From Paramecium tetraurelia (taxonomy: Eukaryota): a DNA stretch of 64,000 nt. Below the pieces are notes generated by a model. That model saw nothing but the letters and a program-made list of their open reading frames with translations, had not been told where the DNA came from and did not search any database. How positions within the stretch are numbered: the stretch's first letter is position 1; each line of letters begins with the position of its first letter. The stretch covers positions 372,001 to 436,000 of the forward strand of contig CT868008.1 in NCBI GenBank assembly GCA_000165425.1. The letters are read 5' to 3'. Shown here piece by piece: positions 14,816 to 28,119 of this stretch. The position numbers were made by a program, and so were the translations under genes.

Positions 14816-15047
14816 ATGAAATAGAGCTGATTTTCTTAAAAAAATAATAACACAATTCAATATATATTTTAATGTGAATATTGATTTAGACTATTCTATA
14901 ATATTTATTTAATATATAAAATTAAAGATAGATTTTCTATGTAATGATGTCAACAATACTTTGTTCCTAATTCTAATTCTAAAAGACTATACTAAAACTT
15001 ATGGAAAAATATAAAGAAAATAATTGTGAAAACTTTGTTATTTAAAT

Positions 15048-16706
15048 TCATTACTATTGACCCTATTCTTGTTGTTGGTCTTCATTGTTCTACCATTATC
15101 CTATCTCTGAGGTGAATACATTAAATTTTGAGCCTTTCTTATAATCAGTATAAGGTGCTGTTGGAGTAGTTCCAATAAAGGCAATAGCTGATTAAACATT
15201 GAAAAAGGAACTGCCAGCATAGGATGAAGAGAATGCTTATCCCTTCTCAAATAAAGATCTTCCCTGAACCAAAGATTCTTAGGTATCAGTAGGAGCGACA
15301 TCATGCTATTATTCATATACAATATTTACAGTAGATTGAGTGACTGCTCCTCTGCTAATTCTAATGAATGAGAACAAAAATAAACCAAGCAATTATAAAC
15401 CCATGTCCAAAACCAAAGTGATTGTCACTCTAGCCATAGTGCTATTGGCACCACCAACCAAAACAGCCTCCCCTTGAGTGAAGATAACCAACAATAATTA
15501 AGATCCTATATACATTATCCCAATAGCAAAGCTTGGACTGATGGGGAAGATGACATCACAACTGATATCCATCAAAACAGGTGCTATTGGCATGATGAAG
15601 AATCCCACAAGTCCAATAGCTAAGTAGATGAAAAACAAATTGCCATTTACTAAAGAAAAGTAGAATAATCCCAAAGAGCCTGTCGATATTGCCATCAGGA
15701 CTTTAATGAGTTAGGTTTTTACATTTTTAAATTTCTATATAAAAGCAGCCAATGTAGATTAACTAACGGCCGCAGAAGCCATGGCTATTGATCCAGCTAT
15801 GGATACTTCCCCTTTGCCATAACCAGCAGGTCTGATGAGGTAAGGTAGGATCAAGACTAAGCATTTGACTAATCCTAAATAAACGGAATATGCCAGTAAA
15901 CAACACTGAAAATTGTGGTTGGACAATATCTTAATAATAGTTTTCTTAATGTTGCCTTGCTTCTCCTCTTTCTATACTAGTGCAGATGGGGCTGTGGGAG
16001 CTGCACTCCTCAAGAAGAAAAAGCAAGGGATCAACGTCAATGCCATATACAAGCAAACCATATTTAATTTATTCATCAAATCCTTTCCCTCTTCAATGGA
16101 TTCGGTGGTGTCCTCAAAGTCATAGGTTCTAAAAATCCATTTTCCTGGTATCATTAATGTTACGACATTAGATATCAAATTAAGAACATTTAAAGCTATA
16201 ATAATTGAGGTTCTTGATTCTGGATAAAACCAGTTTTATGCCATTGAAGCCTGAGCATTCAAAATAAAAGGCTTTCCAGCTCCAATTAATGCTTAGCCAA
16301 CCACTATGATATAAAATCTATATGAATCTATAAAATAATTACCCCGTTTGATTAACAAGCAATTTAATTAAACTGCCTCCTATTGTCAATGCCACACCTA
16401 TGTTTGTTGCCTTTGCCCATCCATACTTCACAATGACTATTTTTTATGTTTGTATTCATTACACTAAGAACAAGGGATTGATAAAATCGGATGCATAATT
16501 ACATAACTAGTTTAAGCCAAGGTAATCATGGTTTCACTTTCAGAATAAATTAGCTAAGTCTCACTTGAAGCAGGAACATAAATTTCACCTGGTATGCTAT
16601 TCATAAACACAGCCAAGGTGAATAAAATCAAGACAACCCATCTCCATTTATATAGTTTAGCCTTCTCTTGATTTTAGGATTATTTATTAGCTTCACTATC
16701 TTACAT
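15048..16706 (-). CDS. MFS transporter, FLVCR/SLC49-like
   Basis: KLYKWRWVVL, VVGQALIGAGKPFILNA..AQNWFYPESRTS and APTAPS. Multiple TM helices and an acidic/Gln tail. TGA at 15048. Confidence 0.88.
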
Positions 16707-16875
16707 TTAATATTTAATGATAGCAAAACATGTAAAAATATATATATACTCAAATAACAGAGAAAAATTATTATTTTTGGTTTTAATTAAATATATTGAA
16801 CCACACATAAACGTTTATCTATAATACCTTCTTTAATATAGATTGATGATCCAAATAATTCCATATACAATTCGA

Positions 16876-17623
16876 TCAGTCTGAATTCTCATTTAACAAG
16901 ACGATGGACGCTTCCAATCTTCTCCTCATTTGATGGCTTAGTGAATAGACTATTGAATGGAAATAGCATTTCATATTTATCTTAAATTAAGAACTTGCCA
17001 AAAATAATACTGTATTATTAAATATAATTTAATTTTTGTTAAAAAGAGAAAGCAATTAAAATACCATCCATTCATTCCGAAAGTTCTTGCTATAATGAAT
17101 CGAAATGATGATTCATTTAATGGTCTTATTTTGTCAGAACATCTTTGATTAGTCGTTACAATTTTTTCATTTCCTCCAATTATTGACCTCTCAAAACCAT
17201 AAGACTTTGGCTATTTCTTTATTTATAATTAACATTCATAGGAGGTAATATTTTTGTCGATCTTCTGGCTGGTGATTAGCTTCTCTTTTTTGGACCTTAC
17301 CATTTCTCCAGTGAAAGAATTTAACTGTCTTCCGATTTCTTTATGTCTACATGTAACTTAAATGATTAATTAAAAGAATCGTTTCTCTGTCTCCGTATTT
17401 CCGGTAGTTTCGGTTCATCGTTGTAGTTAATTGTTTAATATTGTTCAATTGTAGATAACGCAAATGTGAAATGTTAATTTCTCTTCTTTTTAGGTTTGAT
17501 TGGACTATGAAAATTGGTTTGTGTAGGTACGTATTCTTGATTTATTTGGCTCATTATCTTCTAACAATTCAGTTTCATAAGATTTATTGGCTTCTTTGAT
17601 AATACAGGAATTGAAGTTTTCAT
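16876..17623 (-). CDS. Hypothetical protein (boundaries uncertain)
   Basis: ATG 17623 after an AT-rich leader, with coding-like composition. Exon structure and stop were not firmly resolved. Confidence 0.35.
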
Positions 17624-17713
17624 ATAATATAAATATAAAATTAAAATCCTTATATTTTCCTATGTGTTCAATTCAATCATTAAATATTTCTCTTATTTAG
17701 TCATTTTCTCATA

Positions 17714-18195
17714 TCAAAATATTATAATTATCATTTATAAACTCTACCAAGTACTTGACTTAATTATATTTGAGATCTCTATATTGTTTTCGGAGAATTC
17801 AACAGCAAATTGCTCATATTTACTATATTACACTTTGAATTATTTTTTGTAAATGAATTTTATGATGAAAACTAAAGACTTTGTTTAGTTGGAGAGAAGG
17901 ATAATTATGATAAATGAGAAAGATGATTTGATCTTTTCCTTTAAAGTATTTAATCCAAAATTACAAAATTAAATTACAAGTTCTATTTCGCAGTTTGAAT
18001 TTATGATCTGGATATCATATGCTTTCTACATGACTAAATACTAGAAGGGACTATTTTTGGTTATGACAATGTCCTAACTCTATGGCTAGTAATAACGAAT
18101 TTTCTTTTCTCCTATGTCTTTTCAAGATTTCCACTAATCAAATTATCAAGGTATTGAGATTCATCAATCTCCCAACCTTTTTCATCCTTAAGCAT
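17714..18195 (-). CDS. Hypothetical protein
   Basis: Table-6 frame MLKDEKGWEIDESQYLDNLISGNLEKTQEKRKFVITSHRVRT...; 3' end approximate. Confidence 0.45.
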
Positions 18196-18897
18196 TGAAC
18201 AATTATATATATTTATATATAATTATTAAATTATATTATAAAATTTTAAGATCAAGTTCAATCAATTCAATTATCTAAGAATAGGAAATACAGAGATCTT
18301 TAAATTATACATTTAGATTACTAGTAATAATCTTTATTTAATTTAATAATAAGTATATAAAAAATCATATTGCATAAAATATATTCTTTTTATAATTCAT
18401 TCAAAATATTAGGAGAAGTAATGTGTTGAAATATTTTTTTCATAAAAATTAAGATATTTATTATAACCCAATCTTCGTTATTAGCAAGATAGGTTGAACT
18501 CTTATTTGATTATCAATATATTCGCAATTCTTCAGTTAATTATAATTATATAAAAATAAACTTAATAACAAATTAAAAAATTAAAAATTATTAACCCAAA
18601 TAACTTTAAACATATCAAATCAAGCATGGATATAATATTTCAAAGCATCAGCAGAAATATTATATCCATACTATGTTTTTATTTAATTGTCTATTTTAAA
18701 TCTTATTTTATTACTAAGGTTGAATCAATTTGTGATTAACTAAATTAGAAAAAAAATAATTAAAACCAAAGAGCCAAGCAATTCATATTTAGAACTTCCA
18801 TTTAAAACAGTAAACTTAAAATTCAAATATACTGCAGGATACGAAGTGACTTACATTGAAATAATCTTAAATATGATTAATTTAAAATTATTGAAAA

Positions 18898-19134
18898 ATG
18901 GAAGTGCCTTAAGTATCAAGAACAAGGTTGAGTTCTAAGAAATTGAGTGAAGGAGTAAGAATTGATAAAAAAGGTCATCCTATATTGAAGGGATATAAAA
19001 TGCACTAGGTTACTTTCATTGATGAAATTATCAAAGAAAAAAAAATACATTAAATAATATTGGTAGATTGTTGGAAAGAGCATAACTTTAATAAATACGA
19101 TAATGAAAATTAAAAGTGCTGTTTGATTAGCTGA
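18898..19134 (+). CDS. 78-aa microprotein with an RVxF-like motif and C-terminal CaaX (KCCLIS)
   Basis: Intronless ORF MEVPQVSRTRLSSKKLSEGVRIDKKGHPILKGYKMHQVTFIDEIIKEKKIHQIILVDCWKEHNFNKYDNENQKCCLIS*. Confidence 0.75.
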
Positions 19135-19648
19135 AAAATAATCAGTATTATTATTTATATACTGAAAAAACATCTTTAAAATTATTTTGCCTGATTATAT
19201 AAATTATAACATAAAATAAATATTTATTCTGATTAAGAGCAAGACTTTCATCACAATTTGAAGGATCTAAACAAGAATAATCAAAAATTATGAACTTTAT
19301 AAACTCTACAGCCTTGATGGATTAATACTTCTTAATCTATATATAATTATACGTTTCAGCCAAATAGTATTGACAAATAGAAGAAAAATAAATTCAATTC
19401 AGAAATTTAGGATAAACAAAAGTAAGGTACGAATAAATTTGAAAAGACTACTCATTAGGAACATGTAATTTTGAATACAAAAAATAAAATATCTATTATC
19501 TTAGAAGTAATTATTATACAAACAATAATAGAATAAAATAAATCTTGAATTACGCAAAACTTATACTTTCTTATTTAAAACGAATATTATGATGCATATT
19601 AATTTTTTAATTGCATTTAATATAATTTTAAAACAATTTCTATTAGAA

Positions 19649-21749
19649 ATGATTTAATTATAAGAATTTCTTTTTGGAAAAAACATAGTAAAAATTATTC
19701 ATATATTAGGAATCAGCTATAGTAAATAATGAAGATGAAATAAACTTCTTAGCCTAATATGTTGTTTAAAAAATCATTGAACTTAAAGTTCAAGATCTAA
19801 ATTCTTTAAATAATTAGTAAGCATTTGCTTATAAATTTGGTTCTGTGTATATTGATACATGTAATGATATAGAGTTCCAATTCAAAAATAAATCAAAGCA
19901 TAATTACCTTATGTACAAATAAAGAATTGAAATTGTTATTGCTAAAAAATTAAGAAAAATAGCAAAAAAAAATTAATACTCAATGTATTAATAACTTCTA
20001 TCACCTTTAAAATAAAAATATCAAAAAATTGATATAACTTTGTCAAAAAAGAAGAATATTATTTTATTAAATGAAGAATATTAAGAAACTTATGCGAAAT
20101 TTATATAAAATATTTACTAACTTTAACCAAAAAGTATGAATTGGGTTTTGATTAAATTTGAAGAATAATTGAAGAAAAAATTGATTTATTAAACAATTGA
20201 AATATAAAAAGCAATTACCCAAAAAAAATATTACAAACCAATTGTTAAATATTATGTTGAAACTTTTTTAATTAATTAAAAGTTTTAGATGTTGAATAAA
20301 AATTATGTAGTATAACTTATTTAATTTGCATACAAATTGAATAAATCGAAATTTTAAGATGTTCAATTAGGTTTTTAAAAATTCATTATAGAGTTATCTA
20401 GTATTTAGTATCTTTAATTAAATTAAGATGACATTAATTAGATATTTAATTAAAAAGACAAGTATTTTTTCGAAAATTTCTCAGCAAAACAAACGATGGA
20501 ATTAATTATTGAACTCTTCCTTTTATTATCAGGTTTTAAATATAACAATTAATCATTGGATATTGAAAAATATTAACCATCAAGCCATGCTTTTTTATTG
20601 AAATTTTGTTAAGAAATCAACGATGGGAAATGGGAATTCACTAATTGTTGTATCTTAAAGCTGGCTGATAAGGTTCTGGGAAAAATTCATTACTAAATAG
20701 TGTAATAGTTAAATGAAAAATCAACAAATATTGTAGTTCTTAAGATTTAAAATAAATAACAGTAATTTGAACTTTTTCGTAAGAATCCACAAGCTTTAGC
20801 TAATTTTAAATCCTAAAATTAGGCTTACTATTTTTCCTCTTTATATCAAAATAATGATAAGTAACAGAAAATTGATGTTATTCTTAACGATAAGTTTTCT
20901 TAATTTATGAATAATATCGTATAATAGAAACCATAAGATTTAAAATAATATGCGAAACCAGAAATGTTCTATTTATAATCTCTAAGCGAAGGTAAGCTGA
21001 GATCTAATGTGATAACTATATTTGTTAATGGATTTATAACATAAAGTGACCAGAAAGTTGCTTCACTTTGGCCATTTAATAAAGATTCTTACCTTGAAAC
21101 ATTAGTTCTTGGATGGACTGCATCATCTGTTAGTTCTCTAGCAAAATATGCTGGAATAGCTGCCATGTTTAGTACCACAGTAGTTGGAATAGCAATATAG
21201 CCGATTTTTTTGGCTGTGACTTGCGTAACTATAAAATAATTTTATGATGCTTATAAAGAAGCAAAAATAGTTGGAAAATATTTAGCTTATTTTCTTAATT
21301 AAAATTATTTAGGAACTAAATCCATAAATCTAGTTGGTTTTTCTTTGGGAACTGTTATTGTATATTATTGTTTAAAATAATTAATTAAATTGCAAAAGCA
21401 AGAAAAATATTAAATAATACATAACGTATTAATGATGGGAGGAGTTGCAGATAAGGATTTATTATCAAAATTGGATTACAGATGTATTTCTGGGACCTTT
21501 CATAATGTTTATAGTGAATAAGATGGCGTATTAGGTTATGCGCTTCCTTTGTATAATAATGCCATTAATCCTTGTGGTAAATATCAAATCGATATTAATT
21601 TAGGACTTAATTCAGTTGAAAGTATGTATCCTAATGTGAAAAACCACAATTTTACTCAAAAAGTGTCAGGCCATCGAAAATATGAAGGAGAAATTATTTA
21701 AGAAATATTAAAATTGACTAATTTTGATGATTAATATTTAATATTTTGA
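19649..21749 (+). CDS. DUF726/TMCO4-like alpha/beta hydrolase with a long helical N-terminus
   Basis: TIFVNGF, AYKEAKIVGKYLA, INLVGFSLGTVIVYYCL, HNVLMMGG, NVYSEQDGVL and VSGHRKY. Start inferred, with one early intron. Confidence 0.8.
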
Positions 21750-22197
21750 TTCAAATATATAATAATTTCAAAATTTGTCTTTTTTAAATTAATAACTTTA
21801 AAAAAAACAATTAAAATAAACTTATTTTTAGAATTTCATAGTTTCTATATCTGATTTTGATTTTGAGGATTGATTGATAATTGCTTATATAAAAAACATT
21901 TACTTGAATTCTTTTCTATCATACTGGAAAAAGATTATTATGCTATTCTAAATGAAATGATATTAATCAACTGTTATTAATTTTCAACAAGCAAAATATT
22001 TAATTAAAGTCTAATAGAAAACATAACTATTAAGATATTTTATGGGATTTTTAATATTGATAAGTTTATCATTTATTTTTATTACTTAAATATAATAAGA
22101 TATTAATGGAGTACTTAAAACTAGATTGATAATATAAAACTATTGTTTCTATATTTATTAAGCAAATATAAGTTGTATTTATTTAAGAATTATTATA

Positions 22198-23431
22198 TCA
22201 AAACAGTTAAATCATTTTTTTCATAACACTTCCTATAATAAGAAATATAACGCTAGTCAAAAGCATATGCCATATGTATATATGATAATGATAAGTGGAT
22301 GACTTGTTTTTGGAATGGAACATAGCTTTAAATTTCAATTATTATAGCTCAGCTTAGAGGGCTTCTTTACTAACCTTCAATTCTCCCTAAGAATTTAATA
22401 ATAATATTTACAATTTATTTTTAGATTTAGGATTCAATCTCTTTATTTTTGTCAAAGCATTTCTGACTTCCAACTGCTGACTTTGGATTAGCAATCAAGG
22501 TTTAAGACACTCTTAATTTAGGTTTTTCATTAAATTACTATTTACTTTATTATAAGAATGATATTTTTCGCTATTCAAATCTCTAAATTGAAGTAGTCTC
22601 ACTTATACTCAAGTCTTGTTATGCATTATCACTAATTTATTTTTAAGAATGGGTTTAAGATTATAATTAAGATGGAGTTAAATTGTAATTGGGACTATTG
22701 AATGAATCTATTTGATCCAAAAACTAATTCAAATCATTTTGCATAGTAAACAACGGTTGTAAAGCAGGAGTAGTTTAGATTTGGTGATATGATTCAAAGC
22801 TATTTGTAGAATTTCTGAAAATATTTTGATTTGAGGTTTAATGATTTTTATTATCTTCTCCAATCTTGATTGAATTGATAATTTATAAAGACTATTAAGA
22901 ATGTTATTTTTGTTTGTTTGATTAATAATCACTTTCATGATTATTGTCACTCTATTTAAGAACTTGATTGTCGAGTTTGATTGAATTATCATTATTAATT
23001 TATAGTATTTTCTAATCTTGAAACGTCTAATTCATTGATGGTAACCTTTCAAATGAGGTGAAGGAATTAGATCTATGTACATTAGAAGGAGCAGGCAGAG
23101 AGGTAGATTATGTCTTTAGGGAACCTTGCACTTTTTCGTTCCAAAACGGTGGAACAGACTTACAATTAGAATATAATCAAATTACGAAAGAATCAAGTTT
23201 GCGTTCATCAAACTCTATTGCTTCAATTTTTATATCCCGAAAATCCTTTTAATTTTATTTATGCAGTATCTGAAAATATTTGCATTCCTCTAATTTTAGT
23301 AATGAGAAAGTTGGAATAAAGTTATAGACATTATGGTCTAAGATTCTTACCAAAATAGGGAATTGAGCAGTGTTAGTAATTGCAATCCTTTTGCTTTATT
23401 CAATATTGGAGTAGTCAATTGTAAATAGCAT
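22198..23431 (-). CDS. VAP-like protein (divergent MSP-like N-terminus, coiled coil, C-terminal TM anchor)
   Basis: The N-terminus RIAITNTAQFPILVRILDHNVYNFIPTFSLL resembles MSP beta-strands. A Ser/Gln-rich linker and coiled coil lead to the tail IYIWHMLLTSVIFLIIGSVMKKMIQLF*. Confidence 0.55.
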
Positions 23432-23959
23432 TAATTAATTATATTAGTTAAGTATACTAATGATCAAATTCGTGTTTTTTAATACACCTACCTAGGTAAT
23501 CGAATTTATTAAAATGCTTGATTTGAATCTATTCTCTAAGAATAAGAAATTTATTGCATCTATCATCATAAAAAATACTTTTTAGAGAAGTTGATCTATA
23601 AAATAGATTGAAAACTTATAAATTTTTAAAGGATAATAAATGACTTAGTCTTTAATTAAAAATTTGATCAATTTCATTTTCAAATAATCAAAATGAACCA
23701 CTAGAACATAGAAGAAAAGATGATAAAAACATAGATCTTTTGAGGATGCTGAGAATACTGGAAACAATTAGAATATCTTAGTGGTTATAGACATTCTAAA
23801 AAGTCTATGTATTAACCCTACTTTTAGATTATAATATAAGTGAAGTATATAAGAACAAATATCAAAATCAATAGATTCTGATTAATAAATTATTATTAAA
23901 AGGAGTAATTTCAAATAATATAAATAAATACCTGTTTAATATTAAAAATATTAATCAAA

Positions 23960-25855
23960 TCAAAATAAATCTAAATCTATTAAATGTTTCTCTTTCTCAT
24001 AATTGTATAAATACACCCATTAGTTTCTCTTAGATATTGGATCAAATTCTTCCTTAAAGAATCTTGGAATATGTTATTATTTCTTTTCCTCCATTATTTT
24101 CCTTCTTTCCCTTTACTTTTCTTCAATTCTGACTTTTTCTTCTTAACCCAGGTCTTTGAATCCACATTCCAAAGCTCTCATATCTGATCTCATTCTACTG
24201 TCAGTCTGTGGTATATTCTTATATAATAATAATAGAATAATACTCTTAAAATGTCTTCATTTAAATGATTTAATTGCAAAATATGATGAGAATAAAAGTA
24301 ATACCATCTACTTTCTGGATCAGCCTAATTTCTTTTCCAAATTAATTCATTGTTGGCATAAATTTCTTTATGGAAATACCCACTTAATTAGCATCTAACA
24401 TTTCCATGTTTGTCTTTAATTGCTGCTTTTACCTAATGAGCATCCTATGAAATTGATAAATTATATACTTTTTCACTAGATCTTTCCTTCAATGTTAAAA
24501 TTGCTACATCTCCTGTTGTATGATTAGTATAAATAGCTTCGCCTACTTATTCGAAATACATTTTGCCAAATAGCAAATTCTTAACAGCAATACTGGGGAA
24601 TGAATAAGTCATATGTTCATTTGTTTTTTTATTTCTGAAATGCACTAAACCAGGTAATTTAGCCTTGATACTGGTTCCAGAGAAACCAACTGTGGCTTCC
24701 ATTGTGATTGATAATATGAAATCTTCACTTTCACAATGGACAGCCGTGATTGGAGGATGGTGACACACTTATTCACTTATCACTTTGTATTCAGGAGTGA
24801 AGTATTCATAAGTTTCCCCCAGAACAGGATTGAAGAATTTCTTTTGACAATCTATTCCAAGGATGCATCTAACCAAGGAAAAAACTATCAGATATGACAT
24901 TCTTTTGTATGGATCTTCTGCCCTTGCTGCCTGTTTTAAGATTTCATAATATTCAAATGAGGCTGCAAAAAACTACAAAGCAGATAGAGGCTGATGAAAT
25001 AATACTAAATTAGACTTTCATAAGTATACATGGCATTGGAATTCTTGTTAGGTCTTTGCCTATGCACTCTTTTAAAAATGGCCAGAATGCAAACTTTTCA
25101 TCTGGATCCTATTTATACGGCAAACATTTCCTCGTAGCTTCATTAGTTATATTGATTCTAGAATAGACTCTGTTGAATTTAATATTATTATATTTGATTG
25201 GATTCAATAGTTTAATACTCTCCAAAAACTGATTGGAGTTGAAATTTTCTAATTAATTTTATTTTTATTCTTCTAACCTATTTGAGTAATTCGATGTTTA
25301 GGTATTTAATGGAATTTCATTCTCAAAATCGAAACTCTCATATATTGTATCTGATTCCCCATATAATTTTATTTTTGCTTCTTCTATCAATGTACAACAT
25401 AAGGTAATTCCATTTTTTAGGTATTGTCCTAGATTAATAATGTTACTGATTTCTTTATACATGCTCAAGGTGACTTTCTCTTGAAGATAGGTCAGTTATT
25501 CATCAAATAATGCAAAATTGCTCCATATATCTGTTAAAAGTTCTTAAATTCTTTAACCATAATTAAACACTTAATGTCTTTAACAATATTCCTGATTTTT
25601 CTTTAAAGCGATCAACCACTTATTTTTCTCTTCGACAGTAGCTGCCTTCAACAAAATCTAACCTGTTCCTGTATTTATGATTATTCTTAAAGCATCATCC
25701 TTGCTTTCATCGATTCCTGCCACCTTCAGATGGATTTGTCCTTTTGATCTGCCTCCAGGTTGATCGCAATACGTAAGTATATGATCATTAAGTATAAAGT
25801 ATCGTTTCTACCATCGTTAAAATGGATTAACCCATTTCTATAAGTAACCCTCCAT
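23960..25855 (-). CDS. Oxysterol-binding protein-related protein (PH + ORD domains)
   Basis: PH domain MEGYLQKWVNPFQRWQKRYFIL..KWLIAL. ORD motifs IGKDLTRIPMP, QPLSALQ, KFFNPVLGETYE, EQVCHHPP and TDSRMRSDMRALE. Confidence 0.95.
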
Positions 25856-26223
25856 TGCTCTCTAATTATAATTTTTATTATGTATTATTTATTAAATGTT
25901 AATTTCAGATACAATATTTAACTATTAACAATCAGAGTTCAAAGTATTCCTAAAATCTAAATCATATAGAATGTTGATAATTATCATCCAATACATTCTT
26001 AGTATTTTGCGATTAAAGTTTCTTATTCATTCACAGAATTTACATCTACATCTGAGTCATCCCTTAATTACTAAAATAGAATTAATAAGAATCTAAAAAT
26101 ACACAAAAATCATAGAGATGTACCTAACAGATCATTTATTTATGTTATTTATTTATATAAAAATATTAGATATCTTTAACTTACTTTAAAGATCATAATA
26201 TTTTCTTTTAAGAATAATATAAT

Positions 26224-27842
26224 ATGGAAACAGATGTTTAATAAAAACATAAAAATGATATGAGAAATAGAGCATTTATTATAATTTAGAATAGTTTATA
26301 GTTTCTTATTTACTTTAATTAATTTAAGATGATTTACAGCTGCTAAGTCATTCGAAAACACTTTCTGTTTAATTAGACATACAGGTTGTAGATCTAGGAA
26401 GATAAATTATTTATTGGATTAGATGTACAATTTAATAATAATGTTTTAATAGGATCGGCCAGCAAAGTATGAGTTGGAAATAAATTTGCACAATAAAATA
26501 GGCTGGAAAGTCAATGATAAAGGGATATTACAGGCTTTAGGTCTCAAATATTAAAATTCTTGGAAATGGTTTTATGGGTAACCTTCGGATTTGTTACAAA
26601 TAAAAGCCATTCTAAATAATCGAATATTTTTTCATAGCATTTCTAGTTTCTATGCATCTAATGAATAAATAGGATCAGGAGCCTCATGCAAAGTTCTTTT
26701 GATAACAGATATATAAACAAAAAAAAAATACGCAGCTAAATGCATAAGCAAAGAATATGTAACAAAGAAAAAAACACCTGATAGACTAAATAGATTATTC
26801 AATGAAATACATATTTTGAGATCTATCCTGAATCATAGAAATATTGTTTAGTTGATTGATGTTTTCGAAGGAGAATAAACATATTATCTTGTTTTTGAAT
26901 ATTTAGAAGGTGAAACTTTACATAAATTTTAAAAATTATAAACTGATCTCATTCCAGATATTTCAATACGGATTATATTGCTGGTAAGTTTGAATATTAA
27001 CACACTAGTAACTTTTAAATGGTATCAATTCATTTCATTCTGAAAATTATATCCATCGAGACATCAAATTAGAAAATATTGTTTTTTGTAAGCCCAATGT
27101 CATAGGTTCCCTAAAACTAATAGATTTTGGATTGGCAATTTCGAATATTCAATCTGTTTCATTTGCTGTTTGTGGAACACCAGGGTATATAGCTCCTGAG
27201 ATATTTTAATATGATGAGAGCAAACAAGGTTAGAAATTTAGATTTACTTCTAAAGTAGACATGTTTGGCATCGGAGTCATTCTTTATCGATTGTATTATT
27301 ATTTTAATCCTTTTAGAATGAATAGACAACCACTGTTTGAATCTGAAAAAACCAAAGATTTGCTATAATTGAATAAAAAATGCTATATTAACAAAACTTA
27401 TCATAATTTTTATAGCAATGCCCTTAATCAAATTTTGTTTGGTCTTTTAGAAGTGAATCCAAATAAACGTTTGTCATCAGAGGAGGCTATTCAATTACTT
27501 TCTTAATAATAATTAGGGAAATAAATAGGAGGATCGTTCGCCACTACAAAAAGTCATCAAAATGACATTGATGAATTTGAGGTAGAATAAACCATAGATC
27601 ATGCAAATTAACCTTATCCATTTTCAGCTAAAATTCTAAAACAAGAACTAGAAAATAGTTATCATTAAAATGATGATAATAGATTTATCACTTCCCTACA
27701 AAAGTCATACTTTCCATCTTTTAGCTTGGCCTTAAGTTAAGAAATGTTTGATAGTTCAACTTAATAAATCTCAATGCGAAATGGATTATTTGAAGATGAG
27801 ATAATTGAATCAGATACACATTAAAATTAAAAGTAAAAGTGA
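26224..27842 (+). CDS. CAMK-group Ser/Thr kinase with a degenerate PH-like N-terminus
   Basis: IGSGASCKV, YAAKCI, HRDIKLENI, LIDFG, CGTPGYIAPE and VDMFGIG. TGA 27840-27842. Confidence 0.9.
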
Positions 27843-28119
27843 TTGTATCTTTGAAATTTAATCTATACTTTAATTAAGTCTTGAATCTAATTCTTATTAT
27901 AATCTTTAAAAAACCAATTCAAAATTAAATTTATTATCATCTTATATGATCATTATCTATTTATTATTATTTCATCTTGATTATAAATTGTTATCATATT
28001 ATTCTATAGCCAAAATAAAAGGGTTTAATTAAATAAATTTTAATATTAATATCGAATAATTATAAAAAAAGTATTAAGAAAATAATTGTTAATACAATTT
28101 ATTTATTGTTAATTAAATT

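Noticed and set aside
18626..18859. Short table-6 ORF upstream of the CaaX microprotein, and fragments at 19290-19550
   Set aside because: No motif, very AT-rich, and no convincing exon chain could be built.
23513..23881. Coding-like fragment on the + strand between the VAP-like and OSBP genes
   Set aside because: No consistent start or frame; possibly a relic, but not supportable.
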